Shown here: positions 39,990-56,285 of the stretch, piece by piece | Numbering within the stretch: the first letter of the stretch is position 1 | Layout: each line of letters opens with the position of its first letter | Assembly: GCA_964016885.1 (NCBI GenBank) | Contig: OZ024741.1 | Span: forward strand, 376,898,001-376,962,000 | Origin: Eledone cirrhosa | Taxonomy: Eukaryota | DNA: 64,000 nucleotides | Reading direction: 5' to 3' | Notes under the pieces: model-generated | Told to the model about the DNA's origin: nothing | The model's database searches: none | The model's input: only the letters and a program-made list of their open reading frames with translations | Translations under genes and position numbers: made by a program

Positions 39990-42900
39990 ACACAAAAGTC
40001 ACGTGGAGTGAGGAAACCACCCGAGACGATGAATTCACCGGTGGTTATGTAACCATACGTTCACCGATCCTCGATAAGAGTGTTTAAATGTCGAACCTAA
40101 ACAGTTCGAATAACGGTAAAATGGAGACTAGAATGTCATGTGACAGACTCTCACCCAACAGGTGCTCCCTGGCTCAGCAGCAGGGACCTGGCTGTCAACC
40201 AAATACTGCTGGTGTCGGAGGAAGAAGAAGAAGGAAAGGGACCAGAACCAACTGGACGAAAGAATTGAATAGAACTGTTATGCAATGTTACCTGAAGAGT
40301 AACTCCAGAGTAAAAGGTATAGGAAACGGATGCATAACATCTGGAACGTGATTGGTCTATTTAAATTAGATGAACAAAAATTGGCCGGGCAGGCTCGGGT
40401 AATAAGAACTAATGGGTGGATAAGCGAGCTGGAACTGGAGGAACTTAGCTTGGAGATGGAGAGTGGAGTATGCCAGGCTAACGAGCCAGTGGGAAATGAA
40501 GGTGAAGAGGTCGAGAGAACGGAGGAACCACCCGAAGCATACAATGAACTGAATGCTAAGATAAATAGTACCTGGAACAGAGATACGGCCACTGAGGAGA
40601 TGAATGCTGACGGGCTAGGACAAGATTTGGTTGATATCCTAAACTTAGTGGTAGATGAATTTAACAATGATAGTGGGAGACCTATGAACCTAAGATTTGT
40701 AGACAGGAAGAAGTTAAAAGAAACAACAGCTAAGGTAAACAAAGTCATCCCATACCTTGAGGCGAGGAACCTTCACCAATGCAACAATATCCTCAAAGCA
40801 ACAGCAAATACGGTGAGGAAACTACTTGATATAAAATCGAGAGAAAACAACAGACAAGAAAGAGTAGAGCCTTGCTGAAAGAAACGACTGAGTGGTCAAA
40901 TCAGGGAAATGAGAAATGACATTGTAAAGCTTGTGTCCCTACTGAATGGGACACTAAAAAACATAGACACTAAAAATAGACTGGAAACAAAGTACAAAAC
41001 TAGGAGGAAAAAGCTAAATATTATCATAGAGGAACTGAAGCAACGCATTGTAGCAAAGAGTGCAAAAATCAGACGATACGAGAACAGAGTCAGTCAGTAT
41101 AGACAGAACCGCATGTTCGACAACAACCAGAAGATGTTTGGACAGCTTGGAGGGAAAGAAAGAGGCAACGACTTGATCCCTGAGGCGGAACAAACTAAAA
41201 CATTCTGGAGAGGAATATGGGAGCAGGATGTTAAACATAATGACCAGGCAGTGTGGATTGAGACAGTACAGAAGGAGATCAGTGAACAGGCACACCAACA
41301 AACTGATTTGAGTATCACAGTTGAAACTCTTAAGGGATAGGCCAAAAAACTTACCAACAGGAAATCATCAGGCCCAGATGTTGTGCAGGGGTATTGGATT
41401 AAAAATATAATATCCCTCCACCCGAAAAAGACAACCATGTTCAATGACTGCTAGATGTAAAGTGAGGTACCAGATTGGTTGACAAAAGGTACCACAGTTC
41501 TGATAATGAAAGACTGAATCAAGATAATGATGTTACCAACTATAGACCTATCACATGTCTGTCCGTAATGTGGAAACTGTTGACAAGCATTATGTCTGAG
41601 GAAATCTACCATCACCTCCACACAAACAACTTGTTACCGGACGAAGAGAAAGGATGCCGAAAGAAGTCACGTGGTACAAAGGACCAGTTACTTATTGATA
41701 AGATGGTAATGAGGAATTGCATGAGGAGATACACTGGTCTTGCCATGGGATAGATAGACTACAAAAAGGCATTTGACATGGTGCCTCATTCTTGGATCAC
41801 CAAAAGCCTGGAGATCTTCAAGGTGGCAGATAACATCAGACAGTTATTGGGCAAAAGTATGAAGTCCTGGGAAACAGAGTCAACATCAACTGGAGAATCC
41901 TTGGAAAGCGTGAAGATCAAGAGAGGTATCTTCCAGGGAGATAGTCTGTCCCTTCTGTTGTTTGTATTTGCCCTGATGCCCCTGACCAGTGTACTGCGAA
42001 AAGTGAGAGCAGGATACAGGTTGGGAAAGGGAGGGCTTACCATCAATCACCTCCTCTTCATGGACGATCTTAAGCTCTTCGGGAAGAGTGAGAAGGAGTT
42101 AGATGTGCTTGTTGACACTGTCCTTATCTTCAGCAATGATATATGTATGCAATTTGGTATTAGTAAGTGTGGAGTCATTGTGATGAGGAGGGGTAAGTTG
42201 TGCAGAGGTAATGGAATCCAGATACCAACAGGTGAGATGATAAAGGAAATTGACTCTGAGGAAGGATACAAGTATTTGGGCGTTCTGGAGGCTGATGACA
42301 TCAAGAACAAAAAAATGAAGGAATTGATAAGAACTGAATACATACGGAGAGTAAGGAGCGTATTAAAGTCACATCTGAATAGTAGGAATGCCACAAGTGC
42401 AGTAAATTCCCGAGCTGTGTCTATTATTAGGTACAGTGCGGGAATTCTGAGATGGAATGTTGCTGAACAAAAAGAAATGGATAGGAAGACTAGGAAGCTA
42501 TTGACTATCTACAATATGTTACACAAGAGGAGTGATGTCGATAGACTCTACTTAAGGAGATCTGAAGGTGGAAGAGGTCGTCTTATCAGCATAGAGGACT
42601 GTGTTCAGATGGAGAAAAACAACCTACACAAATACGTGACTGATAGTAAGGAGCCAATGCTCAGAACTGTACTGAAGGAGGGGACAATAGGCCAGGGGAT
42701 GTCCAAGGAGGAAATAACGCCAAGGACAAAGAGCAGCCTTCAGGAAAAATCCCTTCATAGTACCTTCTTTTTAGAAAACTGAATTTAGAGATCCACAGAC
42801 ATGGAACTGGTTGAAAAGAGGAGACCTTAAAAAGGCTACAGAAGGAATGTTAATGGCTATACAGGAGCAGGCCCTCAAAACGAAGTGGTTGAAACACCAC

Positions 42901-43564
42901 ATTTACAAGGAGGAGGCTAGCCCACTGTGCAGGATCTGTGGAGAGAGAGAGGAGACTGTGGCTCACATTGTATCCGAGTGTAAACACCTAGCCCAGACTC
43001 ACTATAAGGGCTTGAGACATGATGTGATGGGCAGGGTGATCCACTGGCACCTATGCAATGTAAACCATTTACCACATCTGAGAAGTGGTATGATCATAAG
43101 CCAGAGGCGGTGATAGAAAACGATCAGGTGAAGGTGCTGTGGGATTTTAGGATACAGACGGACAAGAAACTGGAACACAATAGACCTGACCTGGTGATTT
43201 TGGACAAAGAAAAAAGATCGTGCCTGATTGTGGATATGGCCTGCCCATTTGACACGAGAGTTCAAGAGAAGGAGAGGGAGAAAATAAACCGATACTAGGA
43301 CTTAAAGTGGGAGGCAAAAAGGATTTGGAACTGCCATGAAGTCATAGGCGCACTAGGGACTATCTCAAAAAGTTTCGAGGGATGGTTAAACAAAATTGGC
43401 CCCTTCACGCTTTATGGAACGGTTCAAAAGGCATGCTTGCTGGGAACAGCAAGAACCCTCCGATACGTCCTGAATATCTGAGGCTGCAGGTAGTGGCTTT
43501 ATATTCATTTCAACAAATTTTCCAGTTAACTGACATCAATGACTGAGACTCAAAGAGTAATAAC

Positions 43565-43645
<81 letters not shown>

Positions 43646-43648
43646 TAT
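39990..43648 (+). mobile_element. Near full-length degenerate R4/Dong-clade LINE (RT, CCHC, RLE)
   Basis: NYRPITCL; GTKDQLLIDK; IFQGDSLS; HLLFMDDLKL; YKYLG; CRICGEREETVAHIVSEC; NRPDLVILDK..VDMACPFD; stop ~43481; (TAA)n tail at 43558-43648. Confidence 0.95.
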
Positions 43649-43867
43649 AAAGGCTAGAGACATGATGTGATGGGCAGGGTGATCCACTGGCACCTATGCA
43701 AAGTAAACAATTTACCACATTCTGGTAGTGGCTTGATATTTATTTCAACGAACTTTCCAGTTAAATAACATCAATGAAGAGGACTCGATAAGGATAAATA
43801 TATATCAAATATATAAAAATCCTAGAGCTAATATATATATTTAGAGGGAGACAGATGGACGACAGAC

Positions 43868-43931
<64 letters not shown>

Positions 43932-45807
43932 GGATATATGGATAGATAGATAGATATATAGATAGATACATAGATTTGCATTTATAAAACTTATCCATTA
44001 GTGCATGTTTGAGTTCCACATTATTCTGTTATTTTAATATTTCAAGGATTCATGACAAACATTTTCGACAATTATTTCAAAGATAATGCATCGATTAAAG
44101 TTCGCATATTATGCTTGTAATCTTCTGAGAGCATTAAGATAAACAGCATGTACAATCTGATCTGTGCAAATGTATTCAAACCTATACGGTAGGGTACAAA
44201 GCACTTTCGTAATTCTGATAATGGCTTACTCGATTATTGCTATTATTATCACAATGTAGTCATATATTTATAAATATATCTGACTATAATCTAATTTCCT
44301 TATCGAGCATTTCATATCACATTTCCCGTATTTTATATTAACCAAATGTCGTGAGCAATTACATACACTTCAGTACAAATGATTTTCAATTCCCTTAAAA
44401 CATAATGTGAAAATTGAAAAAAACCTAGGCACCGTAAAGCCCAAATATAAGTCAAAATAAATAAACTATCGTTCTTGGCAGGAAGTATATTGTAGATAAT
44501 TGATAATGAGACGTCCTGTGTCATTTACACTAGGCATTTCTCAATTTTAGAAGCATTTGCTCCTACTTCCTTTTATTTTTACGTTCAAGACAATGTGTTC
44601 TAAGTATGATTCTAAGGCAATGTTTATAGTATGCATCTAAAGTTCTACAACCTCTTTTTGTTCATTTCTACGCCAACCCCACCCCCCAGAAAGCATAAGT
44701 TTCCGTTGGCACTACGATTGATTCATATTGACGGGCTTTGTAATCTGATAGAGGATTTAGTCATTCAGGTTCAGGCGCAAAATGACAGAACGAGATATTT
44801 CTCTCCACATCAGTTTCAATCTTTAGCTATAGTACTGCCTAGCTTCCTGAAGGAATGAATCAGATATCTCTAATATGTCGAGATTGGAGGATATTGTACC
44901 ACCCTAATGCATATCACTGTATTAATTTCATTGTTGATCCAAAGACACATTTTTAGCTTCTATTGTTGTTTGTGGTAGCCATATCTTACATTAGTAACAA
45001 TTCCCATTGACAGTGAAGTCCAGGTATCTGTGGCGTCCCCGTAATTATTTGAAGTCATATACTTCATACCTATCAGATGCTGAATACTTGAATTCCCTAT
45101 CAATAGGAACATGAAAGTGGATAGGATATACCCCTGATACACGCTTGCGATAATATCAGGGATGACAACATTTATATTTGTTTCACCCGGTAAATGATAT
45201 AATGATACTGATATAGTGGGAAGACACTCCATATAGCGCGAAAATCTTTCGTTAAGACTCACGTGGCACCTATTCTTGTAGTCGATACATTTGACACTAA
45301 TGAGTTGCAAGCACTCTAACCTCAACCTGAAGAATTTGACTGGTACGAGTACTTGTTCTCTCCGATCCAATTTTGAGGACTGTTACAGCGCGCCCCAAAA
45401 TTGATCTTGTCAAAATATCAATATAATATTATAAGTATGATTAAAATATTACAAAGAAAGATAACTTGCGAGAAAATCTATATTTTGGTAAGCCAAAAAT
45501 TCAAAATTGACGTACAAATACCATAAACTATTATTTATATTTCAACAGAATTAACGAATTCATATTTCAGTGATTTTAAATTTGTGACATCGTAGCATTT
45601 CACTGACAATCTAAATAACATATTATTTGATTCACTTGTAAAAGGTTTTAGAGATTTTTCTTCCCCTCTCCTCCCTTTCTTTACCTTTGTTTACCCAGTT
45701 ATACACAGTTTTCCTACTCATATGATTTCCTTAAATACATTCATATTTTGTGTTAAATATTTATTCTAATCCTCATCTATTCAGATATTATTCCAGAAAT
45801 AATTAAT

Positions 45808-45995
45808 CGTTTCTACTTTTAGGCACAAGGCCAGCAATTACCCAGTGCATTACTGGTACTTTATTTTATCGACCCTGTAAGGATGAAAGGCAAAGTTAAC
45901 CTCGGCGGGATTTGAACTCAGAATTGAAAGGGCCGTAACTCTATGCTGCAAAGCATGGCGTCAGACCCACTAACGATTCTGCCAAGTCACCGCCC
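45808..45995 (-). mobile_element. tRNA-derived SINE, near full length
   Basis: Minus strand ggcggtgacttggcagaatcgttag (A box)..gagttcaaatcccgccgagg (B box)..gtcgataaaataaagtaccagt..gtgcctaaaagtagaaac. Confidence 0.88.
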
Positions 45996-48900
45996 TATTC
46001 AAGAAATAATTAATGTTGTAAAACTTATTTTTACCATTTCCTCCATTAAGTGAATCTATTGTGGCTATATTAATTTCTTATTAAATACATTCACTATTAA
46101 ATGAAGCATTCTTTGCTGCGCGCAACAAAGCATTTCAATATTTAATCCGAAAATACTTTATCATGACAGAAATGAGAAATACACTATTTCTTGTATATTG
46201 AAATATATAGATTTCCATAGTGAATGAGACATTTCGTTACTTACATCCGGTCGTATGTGCGAACAATTTAATCAAACTGATACCATTAACTCACTACCAA
46301 CCGTATTATTTATGCTGAAGCAATATATCAACATTTAATTGCGTAGTGGTTTACACCGCGTAAGGCTCAGGCAAGATGTTCGGCGGACATATTGTATTTC
46401 TTAGTTGAACACTAGTCCAATTCATGTCTGTCACAAATACATACAGGAAATGCTTGCAATTTACAGCAGGCAATTAATCCCACCTACATCTATATTGCAT
46501 TCGTGAAATCATAACTAACTGGAAAATACGATGTTAGACTGCCATAAATAAATTCCAGCTTCCAACATTATTGAGTAAGAAGCTATATTATATATATGTA
46601 AATATAGAGTTACATTTCCTAGTCTATATTCCAAACCTGTGTTCATATGTTTACATGAATAAACTTTCGGCGGTAGGTAGCTCTATTTATGTTAACATTT
46701 ATGGAGTCAAATAAACTATGCTGTATGTTTATTTACCATCTGGTGTTACAGTTAATCTATCTATATTATGCGATCTAATTCTGCAGGCGTTGTATTTGCT
46801 ATTATTCCATCCAGGTTCAATAAAATATATGACAATCATATACTGGAGTCAATATATGTGACTGTTCCCCCTCTACAATATTTCTAAAATTGTGCCTAAG
46901 CAAGAAAATAATATTTGTTGAGTCGGAAAATAGTAATTATCTAAATAACGTTTTCTAACTGTTTGATTCAAATTCCGCCTAGCTCATTGTTAACTTTAAT
47001 CCTTCCGCTACTAGAGGATATATGCATCAGTGAAGCATGACAGTCAATTTAATGGATTATAAATATACCTTATATTTGGTGTATTTTCCCTATTCAAAAA
47101 ATCAATAGCCGTGGAATGTCAGAAACTTTCAATTGCCAGATTTACAATCATCAATTATACCATATCCTCATTATATAAATTCCGATCAAATAAGCTCTAA
47201 TTATTTTTTGTGTTGTACTATGTTATCGGGATTTATGATGTTTCTGTATTAGCTTCGATCGTATTCCGTCGTTACATATAAATACTATTATTAATGTCAA
47301 TAACCGTATTTAAAACGACATATCCTGTATACGTGCAGGTTTCTCATGTGCAACTAGTCCGTTACAGTTACTCCAGTAAATACGTTCAAAATAACACACA
47401 TTTGTATAAGAACAAATGATAAATTCTAGATCCGGTTCATTTCTTTTCGCTATTTCACAGTGTATGTATTACTAAATTTATTGACTATTTGTTGTTAAAA
47501 TAATATAATTATATCGTAAAAGATTTAAACATTCTTAAACGGGACGGAATAGAAAGCATAATCCATAATTGATATTATGGCTCGGTACGCCTACATTGAC
47601 AATATATAAACAAATATACATACGCTGTACTAAAATAATCCTAATTTTCCTGTTTCTGTTCGAAACAACCTCATTTAGTAAGATCTTTCCCGGTAAAATG
47701 TAGAAACTTCCCCAATAAAGTGTGAGATGTATACTGGCACTTCGTCACCTTCTATACTGAAAGTTTTAACGGAGCAGCCCGGTAATGGAATTAACGTGCA
47801 ATTGAAGGTAATCTTTAGCAAGATACAATATGGCAAAGAATGTCACAGGTCCGTTTAATTACGAGCAACTCCTGTCTAGGAAATTTCACTCACAAAACAT
47901 TATTTGATAAACTGCTATGGCAAAGGCCAATTGTCTGACTTTCTTCGCTGTATGATCGAAAGCGAGATTACATGATTGTGATGCGATGTTTGTAATAATT
48001 TGGCCATGTTGTATCTACAATTTTCATCTGTAGACCTTATCAGAGTAAAGATTAATGCTGAAGATTTACGTAAGGATATATGCAGTGTGTGTCTGCTCTG
48101 TTTTTATACGCTCTTTATATACTAACATACTTGACAATATGATTAACTACACCACGATAATATTTAAGAGAGATTTGTTGATTTAAATTTCAATACTCAA
48201 TCTCACGTTCCACTGACATTTATGTTAGGTCTAGGAATTAGCTTCCACTTTATAGTTAGACCGTATTCTAACATCAAATGTCCTTGGCTGACAGGTATTC
48301 AATACTTAAACAGTAAAAGAGTTAGAAAAAAGTTATCGATCTTATTCTAACGTGAAATAATAATTATAGTTTTATTGTCAACGTAGGATATCTATTAGTC
48401 ACACTAATACGGAAGAATTATGTTCATATATGATTTGCATTTCTTTAAAATTGAACGTTTGATAGAATTCGCTTTAAGCGTGTATTGAATTATGTCACCA
48501 TAGATGTGATAGCTACATGCATACGTGTCGGCGTAAATTCATAGTTGATCAATTATACAAAGAAATTGAAGCATTTAGCTGATGTATTTAAATATATGTT
48601 CTTTCTTAATTAAGGTTATTGTCCCCGATCGATATGTGACTATGAAATGACGCTTTCTGCCAGACCAATAATGTTTAGAAGATATGCCGACACGAAATTG
48701 ATTTCTTTCAAAGTAGAAAATTATAAAGGTTTTAGCGAGTTTACCACACATTTTGAGCATTGTATTTACTCGTCAGTATGTTTTCCTTGTATGGATAAAC
48801 TATTTACAGTCACTGGAAGGGTGATGTTTGTATGTAATAGATATAGGCATAAAAATGTTTTGAAAGATTTCTTTGTATATATACCTTAATAAAATGAATT

Positions 48901-51639
48901 TGTATTAAATAGCGGCTTACTTGTGAGATAAAAGTTAGAAGATAGCATTTTACTGTAATATCCATCCATATGAAATAGATATGTAAAAGAGATACTAACC
49001 ATGTTTCTGCTCATATCGCAAATATGTTATATAGAAGATTTAGTTTGAATCTTCTTGATACAAGATGTATTTTCGCCCTCAAATAATATATAAAATAACT
49101 ATTGGGAAATTCACTTGGAAATAACATGGAGAAAATTATATATTGGGACATCCTGGTGCTCAGACGTCTGATTTATTCCACTGTTTCTTTGATAGTTAAG
49201 TGTCATAATGAGCAAAAATGAAGATAACCTGTCTAAGTTACTTTGGAGATTATGATTTAAGTAACATTCGACTTCTAAATACTACCAGCGTACATTTTGT
49301 TTCCGGTATTTGCGATTTCCCTTCAAATAGCTTTATCCCATAGATGCATACATTGTTGAGGGTAAGGAGTTCCCTTCTCAACCACGGGCAAGTGTCTTTT
49401 GATATAATTTGAGTAAAACTTGTAGGAATAAACTGTACCATAATCACACTAAAAAATCGGATTTATATACTTATACGTGGGTATTTTAAAAATATGAAAT
49501 GCTAATTTTATATAAATATATTTTCTCATGTGTCATTTTGAAAAAATTATTTTAGTCTTCAGAATCAAGTGTTTTCTATAAAATGTGCTTTTTTCACGTT
49601 CTCCGTAGCTCTACGTAACGAAAATGGAACTCTAGGTTGCCTAATGTTTAAAGGAACGATATGACTGAATCGTTAAAGCGTCGGCTAGATTAACATGCAG
49701 CATTAAGTAGAAGGTCAATCGTGCCCGATTGTTCTCCCTCTTCTTATCCCTACACATCATGTACTCACTTCCTCTTTTAAGCGGTTCAAGCAGTAACCAT
49801 ATTACTTCGTATTACGTTGATGGGGCATGTGAATTAGAGCAAGTGTGTACATTTCTCAAATAAGATTAAATTAGCTAAACGGTAATTGTACAAGTAATAT
49901 CTTAGTCGAACAACAAAATGACCGTCACTGTGACCGACGAATATTTGAAATTTAACTACATTTGGTAAAGAAACAAATATTCCACTGGATTGCTACCCAA
50001 TCTACTGATAATAATTTTCTCAAAAGATCTGGTAATTGCTACTCATTCGAATAGTCCATATATCCCGTAGGCACTAAACCATTTTCCTTAAATTATATAT
50101 CAGTAGAATAATTTAATATTCAATGATGTTGCTTACAGACGCAATATAACATTTGCAGTCTATTAAAACGTGTCTCAGTGTTTCGATTATAATACAAATT
50201 GAATTTAGAATGCTTGTTAACACATTACTCCACTGATGGCTGAGGATGTTAACATGAGACGATTGTCATACATAAGGATGAACATAAATTATGAGTTGCT
50301 CTATTTCTTTACGATGCTTGATTCGGTTTTGTAAGAACATTTTGAAGAAGATGTTGTATACTTAATTGACGTCCAGTAGACACCAATAGTCATATTATTA
50401 CTAAATATGTAATGGAACGAATCCCGGTCAATGTCTGTAATTGGCAAGCGTGCACCAACAATAACACTTTCAATGAGAACTGATTTAAAAAAAAAATTCT
50501 TTGTTGCTATGTCGATATGTAAGATGCCAGATATTTCACGATGGTTAGGTTTATTCTTAGAAACAGATGATGTACGGGTAAATCAGTAGAATCGAAAACG
50601 CTAATATTGTTAGAATTGAAATGTTTATTTTCAAAACGTGATATGAGTTTTTTTATTCTTTTTATAATTAGCAATAAAGCATTGTAACACGGCAGATGGT
50701 TTTGAAATGAAATGTAATTATTTAAAAAGAAATGAAGATATTTCGAGAGCAGAAATATAACTCAAAATAAAATCGACAATATTAATTAATTAAGTTACAT
50801 TCTAACGCATCTTATTGTGAAGAATTTGCTGAATGCCTGATAGGCAAATAATGCCTGAGCAAGGAATTAATTATACCCAAAAGGATACGTTACTTTTATA
50901 TGGTAATAAGCAGTAACTGTCAATGGGGTTGAACACAGTATCATTTCTACATTATCCATGCTAGACGCTTGGGCTACGAAAATTGAATTATCGGTTACAA
51001 ATGCCTTCGATATTGACAATATATTAGCCCGCCACTTCAGTTATAATATTACAATTTGGAGAAAAACATCTGCTAAATAAGTTCCATTTATGCAATTAAT
51101 TATTCACCCTGTGGCTAAAACCATTCCTTTATTATACTTGTTTTCTCTAATAAGTTTGCATATAATACCTTTTTATTACGAAGTGTGAAAATTGATAGGT
51201 GAAGCCACATAAAATATGTTTTATTTTGTCACTGCAGCAAAATGTATGGGTCGGTTAATAGTCGAAGGTTGAGAAAGAACATACTTTAGTTGAATTCATA
51301 TCAAAATATTTTAGAAGTTGGAGAAATCGATTATAGATGTTATGGTATATTTTCTTTTCTCCTTCTGAGTATGAGATATAGAATTTCTACGGTAGACTCA
51401 ATATATATTAAAGACACAACTTTATTGACAGTCGTAGAGCAGCTAAATATTTTTTTCATTCCAATGTTAGTGATGAACTTGGCGCGACAGTCCTATTTAA
51501 TCAGGATTGTGGGCTCAACGCCAAAATACGTTCAATGAAGATATAGATAGTTTTTATATATAAACATATTTTAATTTTCCGTCTTTCTGTCTTTTATCTC
51601 TGGAGTTGGAAGATAGAGACGATATAGATCCATATCTGC

Positions 51640-51734
<95 letters not shown>

Positions 51735-51908
51735 GTATATCTATATATATATATAAGTATATATATAATAGTAATGAGTATAATCGAAATTGCAGCTGCA
51801 AATAGCAGATTTGCATCCGATTTTGGAAGTTTGACACAAGGCACATGATGTGAGATTCATTAATACATTATACTTCTGTGTGAAGAGAATAAATTAGGTA
51901 ATAGTGAC

Positions 51909-51971
<63 letters not shown>

Positions 51972-52257
51972 TGTTCAAGAGTAACCAATCTTAAAGTGAG
52001 AGAGGAGATAGGAGTGGAGAAGAGAGATTGGTGAATTAGTTAAAAGCCAAAGGGTAAAGGCATCTGCTCAATGTGCAATATACAGTGGAAGGCAGCTAGG
52101 TGGCTGGGTTTATGCAGAGGTTAGGTGCACAGAGCTGGAAATATTCATTAGTTAAGCAAAACAAGACCACACATTTCACAAGTAAGACATTATTAAAAGA
52201 TTGTCAACATAGTTTTAGTTTAATGTAGAGAATAATAATAATAGTAATATTAATAAT

Positions 52258-52435
52258 AATTGTTTCTACTTTAGGCACAAGGCCAGCAATTACCCAGTGC
52301 ATTACTGGTACTTTATTTTATCGACCCCGTAAGAATAAAAGACAAAGCCAACCTGTGCGAGATTTGAACTCAGATCGTAAAGGGATGTAACTATGCTGGA
52401 AAGCATGGTGTCCGACCCTCTACCGATACTGCCAA
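52258..52435 (-). mobile_element. tRNA-derived SINE
   Basis: Closely similar to 45808-45995; (att)n tail. Confidence 0.88.
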
Positions 52436-52921
52436 AATATTAATGTCCGTTTACAATTGTTTCGCTACTCTATATAATGTTTCTGGATCAAATAATTATA
52501 AATCATTATTGATCTGGTTCAGTTGAAGATAATTAACTTAGGTACAATTAGAGCAGCTCATCGGAACTTCAAAAAGAATATAAATTAAAATAAAGAATGT
52601 TATATGAATGTAATGTTCCATATATTGGTATTTCACTATGGTCTCCGCCATAGTCGAGCAGTATTCTTCTGTCAAGGCTGCATTGTGTGAGATCTGCCAA
52701 TGGGTAACAAGATGGCCGCCGATGGACATATTAAACCTTACTAATTAGAGGGTCGTTTCAGGGGAAGTAACTCCTCGAGAAATTAGAAATTGTGGGTAGT
52801 TTATAGTTAAGAAGTGCTAATTTTTTAATTGAGAGAAAATGTAAGGGAGGTAACTTATAATTATCTAAGTTAGCTATAACTATTTAACTTATTATCTATA
52901 AGTAAAAATGGGGCTAGATGA

Positions 52922-54250
52922 CTATGCCGGGTCAAATATTCTGTTGGCGAAGGAATTAGCCCTTCGCTGTTGACAGCTAATAGTTACCTCCGTTGGAGGG
53001 TTGAAGTCTCCCAGCAGTAGAATGTTGAGACCCTGGTCTAGTTTGTCAAGGACCTCTTCTATCCTACTGAGTCTATCCTCAAATTTACACTCATGACTGG
53101 GGGCATCTGGCGGCCGATATGTGACACATATTACTCTCTTTAGTTGCTTCATATGTACTATCAGTGTGTCACAGTACAATTGGTGTGACATCTTCACGGA
53201 TATACATAGCAATCTCACCATGAATTCTCTCCTGCCTGTCCGAACGAAATATAGTATATTTTGGTTATGTATTTCTGCATCTGCTATACTGCTTGTCAGG
53301 TGCGTTTCGGTTAGTGCCATGCACAGTGCTTGATTGCTTATGGCTAAGTCTCCCGAGTAGGAAATTTTACTCATGTTAGTGAGTTTCACCAGGCCTCTGA
53401 CATTGAGCAACAGCACTGGTGTGACTTTAGGGCTGCCAGCAATGTCTGTCGGTATGATAGCTGGCCTGGTGTCAGCGGCGGCCACTCTGAGTCCCTTAAT
53501 TGTGGTGGTCTCGAGTGCTGGTGTGGGTGACCCTGGCTCTGAAAACGATGCAGCCAGGTCTGTTGTCCCACAATCTTCTCTGCCATCACTAAAAATTGTT
53601 TTTGCTCTGCTGTTGCCATCTATATCTCGTCGGCATATGCGTGCCTTCTCCTTGTTGTGCGAGTAGGATGGGCATAGTTCGCTTGGGGCCTCGTGTGAGC
53701 GAATATGCAGCGTGTCCCTGTCTCTCCATGTCAGCAGGTCCCGTGCCTGAAAAACGTGCACGTTACCTGGGTTTTCTTGCCCCCAGTGTCTCAGCACTTT
53801 CTGTTCTTCCTTTGAACAGTTGTCCACTGGTCCCTCTCCGCTTGGTTCTCATTCGGAAGTTGATTTCGCTTCTCACCTTTACCGTGTTCTTGTTGGTTGC
53901 CCGGCCTGCTCTCTCTGACTGTGGCGGCGGGTATCTAATTTCTTTCAGGTACGTGCTTGTGCTTTCTTCCTTTTCTTTTTCTTTTCCATTATTTTCGTTT
54001 TTCTCCTCCTTCAGGACGCGGCTTAGCATCGCCATATGTGACGCTATGAGGACATAGGCCTTCTCGATTTCTTTCTATCTGCACCAGAGTCCTGAGAAAG
54101 CCATGGCTCTTCAGGGCCTCCGCAATATTTTTGGTTGGTGGTGACCCATTCGCCAGGCTCCACCCCTTGCTCAAAACCGCTAATTCCATATTTGACCAGT
54201 TTGGCTGACTTTTAATTTCAACTTCTCCATCTATGCAGTCCATTTCGCTG
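52922..54250 (-). mobile_element. LINE 5' part: ORF1-like region and APE endonuclease, truncated
   Basis: LLLNVRGL..MALTETHL..CVTYRPPD..ILLLGDFN; upstream Cys/His-rich ORF1-like segment; clade not resolved. Confidence 0.8.
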
Positions 54251-54468
54251 TGGAAGGGAGAGAGAGAGAGATAGCCGGAAGGGTAGGGAAAAGGTTAGAG
54301 AGGGACAGAGAATGGAGAGAGAGAGATAAGTCCAGTGAAAAATTTAAGGAGCGATTTAGAGGGAAAGAGAGAGAGAGAGCTTGTGCGAGAGAGAAAGAAC
54401 ACATAGAAAGAAGGGAGAGACAGAAGATAGGAGCGAGAGAGATAGCGGGAAGAGTGGGGAGAAAGGTT

Positions 54469-54541
<73 letters not shown>

Positions 54542-55471
54542 ATCCTGCGATCTAGAGAGAGATAGAGAGAAATAAATAAAGAAGGAGAGATGTAGGAGAG
54601 AGACAGAAGAGAGAGAAAAAGAAAGAAGGAGACATACAGAGACAGCGTGAGAAATAGCAATCTAGAGAGAGAGATAGAGGGAGAGAAAGAAAGAAGGATA
54701 CCGACAGAGACTGCGTGAAAAATAACAATGCAGAGAGAAAGATAGATAGAAAGAGAAAGAAAGAAGAATAGCGACAGAGACAGCATGAAAAATAACAGAG
54801 TGGACCGGTCAAAGAAACTATAAATATTAATACTAATATCGTTCGAAAGGAATATTTCGCGATTAAAACACCAAAACAAAGTGAAAATAAATGATATCAA
54901 CATGAAATATAAAAGGAGACAGAATAAATAAAATAAAAATAAAATAAAATAAATTTAAAATAAATTAAATTAATGAAACCCAAATAAGTAAAATATATAG
55001 AATCGCGAAGAATTATATAAGTTGATTTTAAATGTAGGTATCGTTTGTTTACAAATATAATTAACGAATGAACCTTATATAATATCAATATATCAAAAAC
55101 AACAGCAAATATACATGCTCACCGAGTCAAAAATAAAAATAAATTATATTAAATAACGTTACTAAAAATAAAACAAAATAATATAAAATTATAATTACGT
55201 TACTTAACTAGCTTTCATTATTCTGAATGGTAAACAAAGAAAGCACGTGTGTGTGTCTCTCGGTTTTAGAAGAATATCACACATTTAAAATAAACCCATT
55301 TAAAACGCTAAGATACGTAAAATAATTCCGTTAAATTAGAGATACTTATCTTTTACAGAGAATTTTGTTAACTATCTGAAAGTTAGCACAATAAATCTTG
55401 CCAATTTCTCTCGATTTAACATTTCAAATCCCGCGGTCAGGAAAGCATATCCGTGACAACAAGTTGCCAAG

Positions 55472-55993
<522 letters not shown>

Positions 55994-56134
55994 CGTACAT
56001 ATATGTATATAAATATATGTATATATATAAATACATATGTATATATATATATGTGTATATATATATATAAACACATATATGTATATATATATATGTATAT
56101 ATATATATATACACATACATGCTTATATATATAT

Positions 56135-56205
<71 letters not shown>

Positions 56206-56230
56206 CATACATGTATATATATATATACAT

Positions 56231-56285
<55 letters not shown>

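Noticed and set aside
39990-40090. Possible HDV-like ribozyme at the R4/Dong 5' end
   Set aside because: I could not build the nested double pseudoknot by eye; it needs a descriptor search.
44960-45370. 136-aa ORF as a host gene
   Set aside because: No recognisable domain; only faint resemblance to a decayed Tx1 C-terminus.
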